From assembly GCF_018374135.1 (NCBI RefSeq), contig NZ_JAHAFS010000009.1, positions 12,193 through 76,192 of the forward strand: a stretch of 64,000 nt of DNA, given 5' to 3'. Shown here piece after piece: positions 9,008 to 19,020 of the stretch. Numbering within the stretch: the first letter of the stretch is position 1; every line of letters begins with the position of its first letter. Both the position numbers and the translations under genes were made by a program. This stretch comes from Campylobacter gracilis (GTDB lineage: Bacteria; Campylobacterota; Campylobacteria; Campylobacterales; Campylobacteraceae). The notes below the pieces were generated by a model. It made no database searches and had not been told where the DNA came from. It saw only the letters and a program-made list of their open reading frames with translations.

Positions 9008-10339
9008 TCAGAAACTAAGCGCGAATTCATGAAACGGCACTACATCGCAGCGGATACCCTCAATCTCGAGCCTACCGGAGTTTGCCATAGAAACGACTTT
9101 TAAGCTCGTGATACCGAGTCTCTTGAGCGCGCTTAAGATTTTGCGGAATTTTAAAAAGATGATGTCTGCGTCGCTGAAAGGAATGACGAGAACCCCCATC
9201 TTTAGAGCAGGTAGGTAAAAATCCAGCTCTTTTGTGTAAAAAATCGGCGTATTTAGCCCCAAAAGCTCGCAAAAAAGGACGTTGGCAAATTTTTTCGAGA
9301 AGTCCTTTTTGCTTGTTAAAATTTCGCGCATGTTAAAATGCGAAAAATATAGTTTTTTTGCGCGCGCGGGCTCGCCAGCTTTGCTTAAAAATCTGATGAA
9401 ATTTTCCCGCTCAAGTTTGGCGATAGTGCCGTATACGGCATCTTTGGAGATCTTAATGCGCGGCTTTAGCGCGGTGTAAATTTTATTTGCGCTAAATGCG
9501 GTGTGGACGAAGCTTAGGCACTCTTTGAGGATTAAAATTTCCGTTCGGCTAAAGTTTGCCGTAAGCAGCCTCTGCTCGAATTCTAAAATTTCGGCAGGCG
9601 CTATGAAGGGATTTTTTGCGCCGCCACCTTGGGTTAAAAACGCCGAAATCATCGAGTTTATCTCGTTGTGGCGCTTGTCGAAGGCGATAAATTCTTCAAA
9701 CGAAAGCGGCAAAAGCTCAAGCCGCTCAAAGCCCGGCAGGATCAACTCTTTATCGCGCGTAGAGATGATGAAACGCTTTAAATTTAGCTCCCCAGCAAAG
9801 CTTTGAAGCGATGAAATTTCAAAATCGGCGCTACTAAAATTATCTAAAAAAAGCGATGAAATTTGCTCGTTGGTTGCCAAAAATTCCTTGATCTCGCGGA
9901 AGAAATTCTCGCTCCTGCTTTTTGCGCCATCGGACTCCATATTTCTTGCGTTGTTTGAGCTGCCTGCGCTTGCGTTTTTTGTATCTGTATTTTTTATAGC
10001 GGTGCGGTAAAATTCGCCCGTACCCGAAATTTCCGCGTCTAATATAGCTCCTCTACTTATTTCATACTCATTTGCTTCGCTAATCTTTGTATCGCCTGCG
10101 CTATTTCTAGCTGCAAAAATTGCATCACTCGCTACCGCCTCTTCAAGGCGTAGATCGGCTAAATTTAGGTACAAAATTTCATCTTTTTTAAGTTCTGAAA
10201 TTTCATTTTTCAGCACGGCGCTTTTGCCGGAATTTAACACTCCATAGATTATGGCTCTAGGCGAGCCGATACCTCTTTTGCGCGGAATAAAGCCCATAAA
10301 TTCCGGCGGGTTTTCGTAAAAAAATTTTAGATCATTCAT
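9008..10339 (-). CDS. AAA_14 / DUF4143-type P-loop ATPase (COG1373-like)
   Basis: YGVLNSGKS is a Walker A motif. ILYLNLADLRLEE, LELLPLSFEEFIAF and KKLYFSHFNMREIL match the conserved blocks of the AAA_14 plus DUF4143 family. An Asn/Ser-rich low-complexity insert lies after the P-loop. Confidence 0.6.
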   Translation of the reverse strand: MNDLKFFYENPPEFMGFIPRKRGIGSPRAIIYGVLNSGKSAVLKNEISELKKDEILYLNLADLRLEEAVASDAIFAARNSAGDTKISEANEYEISRGAILDAEISGTGEFYRTAIKNTDTKNASAGSSNNARNMESDGAKSRSENFFREIKEFLATNEQISSLFLDNFSSADFEISSLQSFAGELNLKRFIISTRDKELILPGFERLELLPLSFEEFIAFDKRHNEINSMISAFLTQGGGAKNPFIAPAEILEFEQRLLTANFSRTEILILKECLSFVHTAFSANKIYTALKPRIKISKDAVYGTIAKLERENFIRFLSKAGEPARAKKLYFSHFNMREILTSKKDFSKKFANVLFCELLGLNTPIFYTKELDFYLPALKMGVLVIPFSDADIIFLKFRKILSALKRLGITSLKVVSMANSGRLEIEGIRCDVVPFHEFALSF

Positions 10340-10356
10340 ATCAAGTATTTTAAAAT

Positions 10357-10375
10357 TTTCCTTATTAAAAGGAAA
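10357..10375. promoter_or_regulatory. Perfect palindrome TTTCCTTATTAAAAGGAAA, 18 nt upstream of the ATPase start codon
   Basis: The 7-bp arms TTTCCTT and AAGGAAA flank a 5-nt spacer. A second copy lies 124 bp away. Confidence 0.45.
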
Positions 10376-10480
10376 TAAATCTGAAAAATATTATGAGATT
10401 TTTATATCCATTTTAAATTTGTCCAAAATTTTTATATTGGAAATTTTCGCCAACCTGGAAATTCCAAAATTTTACATATT

Positions 10481-10499
10481 TTTCCTTATGAAAAGGAAA
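10481..10499. promoter_or_regulatory. Second copy of the palindrome, TTTCCTTATGAAAAGGAAA
   Basis: It has the same arms as the 10357-10375 copy and sits about 30 bp upstream of the S10 promoter -35 element. Confidence 0.45.
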
Positions 10500-10525
10500 T
10501 ATTTCCATAAAATTTGACTATTTTC

Positions 10526-10554
10526 TTGACAAAGCCGGAGCACTTTTATATAAT
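10526..10554 (+). promoter_or_regulatory. Sigma-70 promoter of the S10 ribosomal operon
   Basis: TTGACA (10526-10531) and TATAAT (10549-10554) are separated by a 17-nt spacer, so both hexamers match consensus. This lies about 60 nt upstream of rpsJ. Confidence 0.7.
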
Positions 10555-10617
10555 GTGCGTCTTTTGTTTGAAACAAAGGGTCGCGCGTTGCGACAAGTTC
10601 TTTATTAAGGAAAAGTG

Positions 10618-10929
10618 ATGCAAAAAATTAGGTTAAAACTCAAGGCTTATGACCATCGAGTTTTAGATCGCACAGTTTCGGCTATCGTTGAAGCCGTAAA
10701 AAGAACGGGTGCGGACGTCAGAGGTCCCGTGCCGATGCCTACGAAGATTAAGCGCTACACCGTTTTAAGATCTCCGCACGTAAATAAAGACTCCAGAGAG
10801 CAGTTTGAGATGAAAATTCACGCTCGTATGCTAGACATCGTAGCGGCTACGTCAGATACGGTTGATTCGCTAACTAAGCTTGATTTGGCTCCGGAAGTCA
10901 ACGTCGAAGTTCACGCGATGGGCAAATAA
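10618..10929 (+). CDS. rpsJ: 30S ribosomal protein S10
   Basis: The sequence [17 protein letters not shown]...[12 protein letters not shown] is highly conserved S10. It is the first gene of the cluster. Confidence 0.97.
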   Translation: MQKIRLKLKAYDHRVLDRTVSAIVEAVKRTGADVRGPVPMPTKIKRYTVLRSPHVNKDSREQFEMKIHARMLDIVAATSDTVDSLTKLDLAPEVNVEVHAMGK

Positions 10930-10940
10930 GGGGTAAAAAG

Positions 10941-11519
10941 ATGGAATATATTGTAGAAAAAATAGGTATGAGTAGGACGATCGACACGAGCAGCACGCCC
11001 GTGACGCTTTTGCGACTTATCAATACCAAAATTTGCGAAGTTTGCGATGAGAAAAAAGCTATCGTAGCCTATGCAGAGGGCAAAGCGTATAATAAAGCTA
11101 TCGCCGGCATTCAAAAGAAATATAGCCTAAGCAAGGAATTTAATAAATTTGCGACGCTAAGCTTAGAAAATGCTGAACTCGGCGATCAAAATTTAGATGT
11201 TTTGAGCGAAGCCAAGATCGTCAAAGTAAGCTTTAAATCCAAGGGTAAAGGCTATCAGGGCGTTATTAAGCGCCATGGCTTTGCGGGCGGTCCTACGGCG
11301 CATGGTAGCCGCTTTCACCGAAGACCGGGCTCGATCGGCAACTGCGAGTGGCCAGGTCGCGTTCAGCCTGGTATGAGGATGGCGGGACACACTGGAAATG
11401 AAACGATCACCGCTAAAAACGAAGTCGTAAGCTTTGATGCCGAGAATAAAATTTTGGTGCTTAAAGGCTCGGTTCCTGGATTTAACGGCGCAATGGGCAG
11501 AATAAGGATAGTAAAATGA
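10941..11519 (+). CDS. rplC: 50S ribosomal protein L3
   Basis: The motifs KIGMSR and [13 protein letters not shown] are L3 signatures, and the gene sits in the L3 position. Confidence 0.96.
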   Translation: MEYIVEKIGMSRTIDTSSTPVTLLRLINTKICEVCDEKKAIVAYAEGKAYNKAIAGIQKKYSLSKEFNKFATLSLENAELGDQNLDVLSEAKIVKVSFKSKGKGYQGVIKRHGFAGGPTAHGSRFHRRPGSIGNCEWPGRVQPGMRMAGHTGNETITAKNEVVSFDAENKILVLKGSVPGFNGAMGRIRIVK

Positions 11520-12130
11520 GTAAAGTAAGCGTGCTTAACGAAAAACTGGAAAAAGCAAGCGAAATTGAAATCCCTGCGAAATTTTCGGAAGTCAATTCGC
11601 ACAATCTATATTTATACGTCAAATCTTACCTTGCTTCGCTTCGCGCAAACACGGCTAACGCTAAAACTCGTGCCGAGGTTAGTGGCGGCGGCAAAAAACC
11701 ATGGCGACAAAAGGGTCGCGGTGGCGCACGTGCGGGCTCAACCAGAACCAATGTCTGGGTGGGCGGCGCGGTCGCATTCGGTCCAACTAACGAGCGAAAT
11801 TACGAGCAGAAAGTCAATAAAAAGCAAAAACGCCTTGCGCTAGAATTTGCTATCAATGAGAAAGCAAACGAGAGTAAAATTTTTATCTTCGACGATTTGG
11901 AGCTAAAAAGCGGCAAGACTAAAGACGCGGCAAATTTTATTAAGAAACTGGGCGTTAGAGATGCGCTAATCGTTAAAAACGAGCTGGATGCACAAACTCT
12001 TTTGGCCTATAGAAATCTAAAAAATTGCTATGTCATCGATGCAAGCGAGGTCAATGCTTACCTAATCGCAGTTTACGGCTCGGTCGTATTCGAAAAAGCG
12101 GCATTTGAATCAATAGTGAAAGAGGACTAA
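11516..12130 (+). CDS. rplD: 50S ribosomal protein L4
   Basis: The motif [16 protein letters not shown] is an L4 signature. Confidence 0.96.
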   Translation: MSKVSVLNEKLEKASEIEIPAKFSEVNSHNLYLYVKSYLASLRANTANAKTRAEVSGGGKKPWRQKGRGGARAGSTRTNVWVGGAVAFGPTNERNYEQKVNKKQKRLALEFAINEKANESKIFIFDDLELKSGKTKDAANFIKKLGVRDALIVKNELDAQTLLAYRNLKNCYVIDASEVNAYLIAVYGSVVFEKAAFESIVKED

Positions 12131-12131
12131 A

Positions 12132-12413
12132 ATGGCAGATATAACAGATATCAAAACGATCCTTTATACGGAAAAGTCTCTCGGTCTTCAAGAAAACGGC
12201 GTGGTCGTTATCCAAACTAGCCCGTCGGTTACGAAAAACGGACTAAAGAGCGTTTTGAAGAACTATTTCGGGATCACTCCGCTAAAGATAAATTCTTTAA
12301 GACAAGACGGCAAAGTAAAAAGATTTAAAGGCAGAACTGGTGCTAGAAATGATGTGAAAAAATTCTACGTCAAACTACCTGAGGGCGCAAGCCTAGAAAG
12401 CGTGGAGGCGTAA
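12132..12413 (+). CDS. rplW: 50S ribosomal protein L23
   Basis: 93 aa with L23-like sequence, in the position between L4 and L2. Confidence 0.93.
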   Translation: MADITDIKTILYTEKSLGLQENGVVVIQTSPSVTKNGLKSVLKNYFGITPLKINSLRQDGKVKRFKGRTGARNDVKKFYVKLPEGASLESVEA

Positions 12414-12414
12414 A

Positions 12415-13245
12415 ATGGCGATTAAAACTTATAAACCGTATACTCCAAGTAGAAGATTTATGACAGGGCTTAGCAGCGAGGATATCACTGCAAAAGCTAG
12501 CGTTAGAGGCTTGCTTGTTAAAATTCCTGCCGCAGCCGGAAGAAACAACAACGGCCGCATTACCAGTCGCCATAAACAAGCCGGAGCAGCTAAACTTTAT
12601 AGAATTATCGATTTTAAGCGAAATAAATTCGGCATTCCTGGCAAGGTCGAGGCGATCGAATACGATCCGAATCGCAACTGCCGTATCGCATTGATCTCAT
12701 ACGCAGACGGCGAGAAGCGCTACATTATCAAGCCTAACGATCTTAAAGTAGGTGACGTAGTAGCCGCTGCCGAGGGCGGGTTAGATATTAAACCCGGCAA
12801 TGCTATGAAGATGAAAAACATCCCTGTGGGAACTATCCTGCACAATATTGAGTTAAAACCTGGCAAAGGTGCTCAAATGGCACGTAGCGCAGGAGGCTAT
12901 GCTCAGCTTATGGGTAAAGAGGAAAAATACGTCATTTTACGTCTGCCTAGCGGCGAGATGAGAAGAGTGCTTGCAGAGTGCATGGCCAGTATCGGCGTAG
13001 TGGGTAACGAAGAGTGGGCAAACGTCGTCATCGGTAAAGCCGGACGCAACCGCCACAGAGGTATCCGCCCTCAAACCAGAGGTTCTGCGATGAACCCGGT
13101 CGATCACCCGCACGGCGGTGGCGAGGGTAAGAAAAACTCCGGTCGCCATCCAGTAACTCCGTGGGGCAAACCGACAAAGGGCTATAAAACTCGCCATAAA
13201 AAAGCGAGCGATAAGCTTATAATTTCAAGAAGGAAAGGAAAATAA
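12415..13245 (+). CDS. rplB: 50S ribosomal protein L2
   Basis: The motifs [14 protein letters not shown] and HPHGGGEGK are L2 signatures. Confidence 0.97.
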   Translation: MAIKTYKPYTPSRRFMTGLSSEDITAKASVRGLLVKIPAAAGRNNNGRITSRHKQAGAAKLYRIIDFKRNKFGIPGKVEAIEYDPNRNCRIALISYADGEKRYIIKPNDLKVGDVVAAAEGGLDIKPGNAMKMKNIPVGTILHNIELKPGKGAQMARSAGGYAQLMGKEEKYVILRLPSGEMRRVLAECMASIGVVGNEEWANVVIGKAGRNRHRGIRPQTRGSAMNPVDHPHGGGEGKKNSGRHPVTPWGKPTKGYKTRHKKASDKLIISRRKGK

Positions 13246-13247
13246 AA

Positions 13248-13529
13248 ATGGCTAGATCGCTAAAAAAAGGTCCTTTCGTAGATGATCACGTAATGAAAAA
13301 AGTCGTTGCGGCAAAGAAAGCCGGCGATAACAAACCGATCAAGACTTGGTCGAGACGAAGCACGATCGTGCCTGAGATGATCGGACTTACGTTTAACGTT
13401 CATAACGGAAAGAATTTTATTCCAGTTTACGTCACCGAGCATCATATCGGTTATAAATTAGGCGAGTTCGCTCCTACGCGCACTTTCAAGGGCCACAAAG
13501 GCTCCGTGCAGAAAAAGATCGGCAAGTAA
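13248..13529 (+). CDS. rpsS: 30S ribosomal protein S19
   Basis: The sequence [14 protein letters not shown]...TFKGH is S19. Confidence 0.97.
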   Translation: MARSLKKGPFVDDHVMKKVVAAKKAGDNKPIKTWSRRSTIVPEMIGLTFNVHNGKNFIPVYVTEHHIGYKLGEFAPTRTFKGHKGSVQKKIGK

Positions 13530-13538
13530 GGATAGAAT

Positions 13539-13871
13539 ATGAGTAAATCAACTATTAAATTTGTTCGTCTTTCGCCGACAAAAGCAAGACTTATCGCGAA
13601 GCAAATTCAAGGCATGAATGCGGAATTTGCCCTTGCTACTTTAGAATTTACGCCTAATCGCGGCGCGAAATATATCGCTACGGCGATTTCAAGCGCGGTC
13701 GCAAACGGCGGCTTTGAGCCTGAAGAGGTCGTAGTTACCAGCTGCCGAGTGGATGCGGGTCCCGTACTTAAGAGATTTCGTCCGCGCGCCAGAGGTACGG
13801 CTAGCCGTATCCGCAAGCCTACTTCGCACATCATCGTCGAAGTAGCAAAACCAAGTAAGAAGGAAGCGTAA
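13539..13871 (+). CDS. rplV: 50S ribosomal protein L22
   Basis: 110 aa, L22-like, in the position between S19 and S3. Confidence 0.94.
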   Translation: MSKSTIKFVRLSPTKARLIAKQIQGMNAEFALATLEFTPNRGAKYIATAISSAVANGGFEPEEVVVTSCRVDAGPVLKRFRPRARGTASRIRKPTSHIIVEVAKPSKKEA

Positions 13872-14567
13872 ATGGGACAGAAAGTAAATCCGATCGGTTT
13901 AAGATTAGGAATTAATCGAAATTGGGAGTCTAGATGGTTCCCTTCTAAAGCGACGCTTTCCGAGAGTATCGGCGAGGATTACAAGATTCGCAAATTTTTA
14001 AAAGCCAAGCTTTACTATGCGGGAATTAGTCAAATTCTTATCGAAAGAACGGCTAAGAAAATTCGCGTAACGATCGTAGCCGCAAGACCGGGTATTATCA
14101 TCGGCAAAAAAGGCGGCGAGGTCGAAAATTTAAGAAGCGAAGTCGTTAAGCTAGTCAATAAAGACATAGCCATTAATATCAAAGAGGAGCGCAAAGTAGG
14201 CTCGAACGCACTTTTGGCTGCAGAAAACGTAGCCATGCAGCTAGAGCGCCGCGTTGCATTCCGCCGCGCTATGAAGAAGGTCATCCAAGGCGCTCAAAAA
14301 GCAGGTGCAAAGGGAATTAAAATTTGCGTCGCAGGTCGCTTGGGCGGTGCGGAGATGGCTAGAACTGAATGGTATTTGGAGGGACGCGTTCCGCTTCATA
14401 CTCTAAGGGCTAGGATCGATTATGGCTTTGCCGAAGCGCATACGACCTACGGTAATATCGGCATTAAGGTTTGGATCTTTAAGGGTGAAATTTTACAAAA
14501 AGGCATCCAGGCTGAAAAAACCGACGATGCGCCTAAAAAAACACGCAGACCAAGAAGAGGTAAATAG
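13872..14567 (+). CDS. rpsC: 30S ribosomal protein S3
   Basis: The N-terminus [18 protein letters not shown] is the S3 N-terminus. Confidence 0.97.
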   Translation: MGQKVNPIGLRLGINRNWESRWFPSKATLSESIGEDYKIRKFLKAKLYYAGISQILIERTAKKIRVTIVAARPGIIIGKKGGEVENLRSEVVKLVNKDIAINIKEERKVGSNALLAAENVAMQLERRVAFRRAMKKVIQGAQKAGAKGIKICVAGRLGGAEMARTEWYLEGRVPLHTLRARIDYGFAEAHTTYGNIGIKVWIFKGEILQKGIQAEKTDDAPKKTRRPRRGK

Positions 14568-14569
14568 TT

Positions 14570-14995
14570 ATGTTGATGCCAAAAAGAACAAAATACCGTA
14601 AGATGATGAAAGGTCGCAATCGCGGCTACGCGACGAGAGGAAATTCCTTGACGTTCGGCGATTTCGGTATCAAAGCGGTAGAGGCGGGTAGGGTAAATTC
14701 TCGCCAGATCGAAGCGGCTCGTGTCGCGATGACGCGCTTCGTAAATCGTCAAGCTAAAATTTGGATTAAGGTATTCCCAGACAAGCCGCTTACCAAAAAG
14801 CCTCTACAAACTCGTATGGGTAAAGGTAAGAGCGGCGTAGAAGAGTGGGTAATGAATATAAAACCGGGCAGGATCATTTTCGAGATGACCGGCGTTAGCG
14901 AAGAGGTTGCTAAAGAGGCGCTTATGCTTTCAATTCATAAACTACCTTTTAAAACGAAAATCGTAAGTAGGGAAAGCGAAAATGAAATATACTGA
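14570..14995 (+). CDS. rplP: 50S ribosomal protein L16
   Basis: The N-terminus [16 protein letters not shown] is the L16 N-terminus. Confidence 0.97.
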   Translation: MLMPKRTKYRKMMKGRNRGYATRGNSLTFGDFGIKAVEAGRVNSRQIEAARVAMTRFVNRQAKIWIKVFPDKPLTKKPLQTRMGKGKSGVEEWVMNIKPGRIIFEMTGVSEEVAKEALMLSIHKLPFKTKIVSRESENEIY

Positions 14996-15164
14996 TTTGA
15001 AAGATAAAGATTTAGCTGAGCTAAATTCTATGTTGAAACAAAATAAGTTGCTTTTATTTACGGCTAGACAAAAGCTAAAAACTATGCAGCTAAGCAATCC
15101 TAACGAGATTCGCGCTATCAAAAAAGATATCGCTAGAATCAACACCGCTATTAAAGCGAAATAA
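14982..15164 (+). CDS. rpmC: 50S ribosomal protein L29
   Basis: 60 aa in the position between L16 and S17. It overlaps the L16 stop. Confidence 0.9.
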   Translation: MKYTDLKDKDLAELNSMLKQNKLLLFTARQKLKTMQLSNPNEIRAIKKDIARINTAIKAK

Positions 15165-15173
15165 GGATAGGTT

Positions 15174-15425
15174 ATGGCATTTAAAAGAGAAATTCAAGGC
15201 GTAGTCGTAAAGAAGGCAGGCGATAAAACAGCTACCGTTTTGGTAGAGCGAAGGGTTATGCACCCTAGATATAGAAAGATCGTAAAAAGATTTAAAAAAT
15301 ATCTGATCCACGATGAAAACAACATCGTAAAGATTGGTGACACCATATCTGCGATCGAGTGCAGACCGCTAAGCGCTAGAAAGTCGTTTCGCTTAAAAGC
15401 GGTTTTGAAAACAGGAGTTGAATAA
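15174..15425 (+). CDS. rpsQ: 30S ribosomal protein S17
   Basis: 83 aa, S17-like, in the S17 position. Confidence 0.94.
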   Translation: MAFKREIQGVVVKKAGDKTATVLVERRVMHPRYRKIVKRFKKYLIHDENNIVKIGDTISAIECRPLSARKSFRLKAVLKTGVE

Positions 15426-15793
15426 TGATACAGAGTTTTACCAGACTTGCGGTAGCTGATAATAGCGGCGCAAAAGAACTTATGTGTATTAAAGTTTTGG
15501 GCGGCAGCAAAAGAAGATACGCTACAATCGGCGATATCATCGTTTGCTCTGTAAAAAAAGCGCTCCCTAACGGCAAGATTAAGCGCGGTCAAGTAGTAAA
15601 AGCCGTAGTCGTTCGTACGACTAAAGAGTTGCACAGAGGCAACGGCTCACTAATTAGATTCGATGAGAACGCAGCCGTTATTTTGGATTCAAAAAAAGAG
15701 CCGATCGGCACTCGTATTTTCGGTCCTATCGGTAGAGAGGTCAGATACGGCGGTTTTATGAAGATCGTTTCGCTGGCTCCGGAGGTTTTATAA
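15425..15793 (+). CDS. rplN: 50S ribosomal protein L14
   Basis: The N-terminus [18 protein letters not shown] is the L14 N-terminus. Confidence 0.97.
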   Translation: MIQSFTRLAVADNSGAKELMCIKVLGGSKRRYATIGDIIVCSVKKALPNGKIKRGQVVKAVVVRTTKELHRGNGSLIRFDENAAVILDSKKEPIGTRIFGPIGREVRYGGFMKIVSLAPEVL

Positions 15794-16026
15794 TGGCAGT
15801 AAAATTTAAGATTAAAAAGGGCGATCAAGTAAAGATCATCGCAGGTGACGATAAGGGCAAAACAGGCACTGTTAAGGCCGTCTTTCCTAAAAAAGCTCAA
15901 GTTATCGTCGAGGGTTGTAAAATGGCTAAAAAGGCTATCAAACCAACCGAGCAAAATCCGCAAGGCGGCTTTACAAGCAAAGAGATGCCTATGGATATTT
16001 CAAACGTTGCGTTGGTAGAGGGTTGA
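15793..16026 (+). CDS. rplX: 50S ribosomal protein L24
   Basis: The sequence [18 protein letters not shown] is the L24 KOW motif. Confidence 0.95.
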   Translation: MAVKFKIKKGDQVKIIAGDDKGKTGTVKAVFPKKAQVIVEGCKMAKKAIKPTEQNPQGGFTSKEMPMDISNVALVEG

Positions 16027-16028
16027 TT

Positions 16029-16574
16029 ATGAGCAGACTAAAAGATAAATACGCTAATTCCATCAGAGCTGCTTTGCAGAAAGAATTTGATATAAAAAAT
16101 CCTATGCTTATCCCGGCGCTTGAAAAGATCGTTATCAGCGTAGGAACGGGCGAATCGAGCAAAGATCAAAAAGTGCTTCAAAATATGGCCGATACTATCT
16201 CGCTGATCGCAGGCCAAAAAGCGCTTATCGTCAATGCAAAAAAATCGGTTGCCGGCTTTAAAGTGCGCGAAGGTTTCCCGGTAGGCATAATGGTTACGTT
16301 ACGAAAAGAGCAGATGTTTGCCTTCCTAGACAAACTGATCTCTATCGCGCTTCCTAGAGTTAAGGATTTCCGAGGACTACCTAGAACGGGCTTTGACGGA
16401 CGCGGCAATTATAACTTCGGTTTGCAAGAGCAGCTGATGTTCCCAGAGGTCGAATACGATCAAATTTTAAGAACTCACGGTATGAATATAACCGTTGTAA
16501 CGACTACAAATAACGATAAAGAGGCATTTAAATTGCTAGAGCTATTCGGCATGCCTTTTGCAAAAGGAAAATGA
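16029..16574 (+). CDS. rplE: 50S ribosomal protein L5
   Basis: MSRLKDKY with an L5-like body. The start is taken at the ATG 2 codons inside the ORF-track start. Confidence 0.95.
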   Translation: MSRLKDKYANSIRAALQKEFDIKNPMLIPALEKIVISVGTGESSKDQKVLQNMADTISLIAGQKALIVNAKKSVAGFKVREGFPVGIMVTLRKEQMFAFLDKLISIALPRVKDFRGLPRTGFDGRGNYNFGLQEQLMFPEVEYDQILRTHGMNITVVTTTNNDKEAFKLLELFGMPFAKGK

Positions 16575-16575
16575 T

Positions 16576-16761
16576 ATGGCAAAAAAATCAATGGTAGCCA
16601 AGGCGAAACGCCCCGCTAAATTTAGCACTCGCGCATATACTAGATGTCAAATTTGCGGTCGTCCGCACTCCGTTTATAAGGATTTTGGAATTTGTCGCGT
16701 TTGCCTTCGCAAGATGGCAAACGAGGGCTTAATCCCGGGTCTAAAAAAAGCAAGCTGGTAA
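16576..16761 (+). CDS. rpsZ: 30S ribosomal protein S14, zinc-binding type Z
   Basis: 61 aa from MAKKSMVAK. It carries the CxxC...CxxC motif ([20 protein letters not shown]). Confidence 0.95.
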   Translation: MAKKSMVAKAKRPAKFSTRAYTRCQICGRPHSVYKDFGICRVCLRKMANEGLIPGLKKASW

Positions 16762-16770
16762 GGAGAAGAG

Positions 16771-17166
16771 ATGATTAACGATCTTATTTCAGATGGACTA
16801 ACTCGCATTAGAAATGCTGCGATGCGAAGGCTGGATACGACTAAGCTTTTTCACTCAAACGTCGTTGAGGCTATGCTTAAAATTTTAGCCGAGAAGGGCT
16901 ATATCGAGAGCTACAACGTAGTGGAGGAAAACAATAAAAAGATCATCAACGTAGTGCTTAAATACGACGAAAAGGGCAGGAGCGTGATAAACGAAGTTAA
17001 AAGAATTTCGACTCCGGGTCGCCGCGTATATCAAGGCAAAGACGAGATCAAGCGCTTCAAAAACGGCTACGGAACCGTCGTCGTTAGCACAAGCAAAGGC
17101 GTTATGAGCGGTATCGACGCGCACAAAGCGGGCGTCGGCGGCGAAGTGCTTTGCACGATCTGGTAA
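16771..17166 (+). CDS. rpsH: 30S ribosomal protein S8
   Basis: The N-terminus [16 protein letters not shown] is the S8 N-terminus. Confidence 0.97.
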   Translation: MINDLISDGLTRIRNAAMRRLDTTKLFHSNVVEAMLKILAEKGYIESYNVVEENNKKIINVVLKYDEKGRSVINEVKRISTPGRRVYQGKDEIKRFKNGYGTVVVSTSKGVMSGIDAHKAGVGGEVLCTIW

Positions 17167-17243
17167 GAAGTTTCTACTTTTTATGGCATTGTGGTATCCA
17201 TTCGTAAAAGTAGACATACCCTAGACAAATAAAAAGGAAAATT

Positions 17244-17780
17244 ATGTCAAGAATTGGTAAAAAACCGATCTCTATTCCGAGCGGAGTTGAGGTCAAGATT
17301 GACGGCTCGTCGTTAAAATTTAAAAAATCGAATAACGAAAAAGAGCTTGATTTAAAAGGTCATGTCGATGTAAAAATCGAAGACGGAAAGATAGAATTCT
17401 CACCTAAGGGCGAGGATAGACAGAGTAGGGCGTATTGGGGAACATACCGCGCTTTAGCCAACAATATCGTCCTTGGTCTTACCGAGGGCTTTTCAAAACA
17501 GCTTGAAATCAACGGCGTCGGCTACAGGGCTGCGATGAAGGGCAGGGTACTTGAGTTAAATTTGGGCTTTTCGCATCCGATAAATTTTGAATCTCCAAAA
17601 GGAATCGAAATTTCCGTAGATAAAAACGTCGTAACCATCAAAGGCGACGACAAGCAGCAAGTAGGTCAAGTGGCAGCCGAGATCAGAGGATTCAGACCGC
17701 CTGAGCCGTATAAGGGTAAAGGCATCAAGTATCTTGAAGAGCATATCATCCGCAAAGCCGGAAAAACAGCTAAGAAATAA
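17244..17780 (+). CDS. rplF: 50S ribosomal protein L6
   Basis: The N-terminus [17 protein letters not shown] is the L6 N-terminus. Confidence 0.97.
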   Translation: MSRIGKKPISIPSGVEVKIDGSSLKFKKSNNEKELDLKGHVDVKIEDGKIEFSPKGEDRQSRAYWGTYRALANNIVLGLTEGFSKQLEINGVGYRAAMKGRVLELNLGFSHPINFESPKGIEISVDKNVVTIKGDDKQQVGQVAAEIRGFRPPEPYKGKGIKYLEEHIIRKAGKTAKK

Positions 17781-17790
17781 GGGTTGAGAA

Positions 17791-18147
17791 ATGACACAGA
17801 ACGTATTAAAAAGAAAGATCTCTTTACGAATCAAGAGAAAAAGAAGAATTCGCGCTAAAATTTCAGGCGTCGCATCTTGCCCTAGAATTTCTATTTTCAA
17901 ATCCAATAGGACAGTTTACGCTCAGGCTATTGACGACGCGGCGAGCGCGACTTTGTGCGCCAGCAGCGGTAAGGTTTTAAATTTAAAGGCGAACAAAGAG
18001 GGTGCGGCTAGCTTAGCTAAAGATTTAGCCTCTAAGTTGAAAGATAAAGGCATCTCTGAAGCGATTTTCGATCGCAATGGCTATTTGTATCACGGCGTAA
18101 TCGCAAGTTTTGCCGAGTCGCTACGCCAAAACGGCATCAAACTATAA
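17791..18147 (+). CDS. rplR: 50S ribosomal protein L18
   Basis: 118 aa, L18-like, in the position between L6 and S5. Confidence 0.94.
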   Translation: MTQNVLKRKISLRIKRKRRIRAKISGVASCPRISIFKSNRTVYAQAIDDAASATLCASSGKVLNLKANKEGAASLAKDLASKLKDKGISEAIFDRNGYLYHGVIASFAESLRQNGIKL

Positions 18148-18156
18148 CCCAAAGGA

Positions 18157-18606
18157 ATGATTGTGGAAAAGTATAATAGAGAAGAATTCGAAGAGGTAAT
18201 CGTCAATATTGGTAGGGTTACGAAGGTCGTTAAAGGCGGTAGAAGGTTTAGGTTTACGGCTCTTATCGTAGTAGGCAATAGAAACGGCTTGGTAGGCTTT
18301 GGCTTTGGTAAGTCCAAAGAGGTTCCCGACGCGATCAAAAAAGCGGTAGACGATGCGTTTAAAAATATCATCAAGGTAAATTTAAACGGCTCTACCATCA
18401 CTCACGATATCGAAGTTAAATACAATGCGAGCAAAATTTTACTTAAGCCGGCGAGCGAAGGTACCGGCGTTATCGCTGGCGGTTCAGTCCGCCCGGTTTT
18501 AGAGCTTGCGGGTGTTAAAGATATCCTCACCAAATCGCTAGGTTCGAACAACTCCTCAAATGTCGTAAGAGCTACGATGAAAGCTCTTAGTATGTTAAAA
18601 CACTAA
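18157..18606 (+). CDS. rpsE: 30S ribosomal protein S5
   Basis: The motifs [21 protein letters not shown] are S5 signatures. Confidence 0.97.
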   Translation: MIVEKYNREEFEEVIVNIGRVTKVVKGGRRFRFTALIVVGNRNGLVGFGFGKSKEVPDAIKKAVDDAFKNIIKVNLNGSTITHDIEVKYNASKILLKPASEGTGVIAGGSVRPVLELAGVKDILTKSLGSNNSSNVVRATMKALSMLKH

Positions 18607-18618
18607 CAAGGATAAAAG

Positions 18619-19020
18619 ATGGGATTAGAAAATCTTAAAAAGGCCCCAGGCTCGACTCACGCTACTAAGCGCTTGGGTCGTGGTCAAGGAAGCGGCCTGG
18701 GTAAAACTGCTGGTCGCGGTGGCAAAGGTCAGACCGCGCGCACCGGCTCTCATGAAAAAAGAGGCTTCGAGGGCGGTCAGCAGCCGATTCAGCGAAGGCT
18801 TCCAAAGGTAGGTTTTACTTCTAAATTTGAAAAGCCTTACGTGATCAATGTCGATAAAATCGAAGCTATCAAAGATCTTGGCGAGATCACGATCGAAAGC
18901 ATCAAATCCGTTCATAAAATTTCAAATTCCGTTAAAAAGATCAAGCTGATCGGCGTAGGCGCAAAGGCGCTCGCTAGCAAGATCAAAGACGAGAACGTAA
19001 AATTTAGCGGACAAAAATAA
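18619..19020 (+). CDS. rplO: 50S ribosomal protein L15
   Basis: A glycine-rich N-terminus ([19 protein letters not shown]) is typical of L15. Confidence 0.95.
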   Translation: MGLENLKKAPGSTHATKRLGRGQGSGLGKTAGRGGKGQTARTGSHEKRGFEGGQQPIQRRLPKVGFTSKFEKPYVINVDKIEAIKDLGEITIESIKSVHKISNSVKKIKLIGVGAKALASKIKDENVKFSGQK

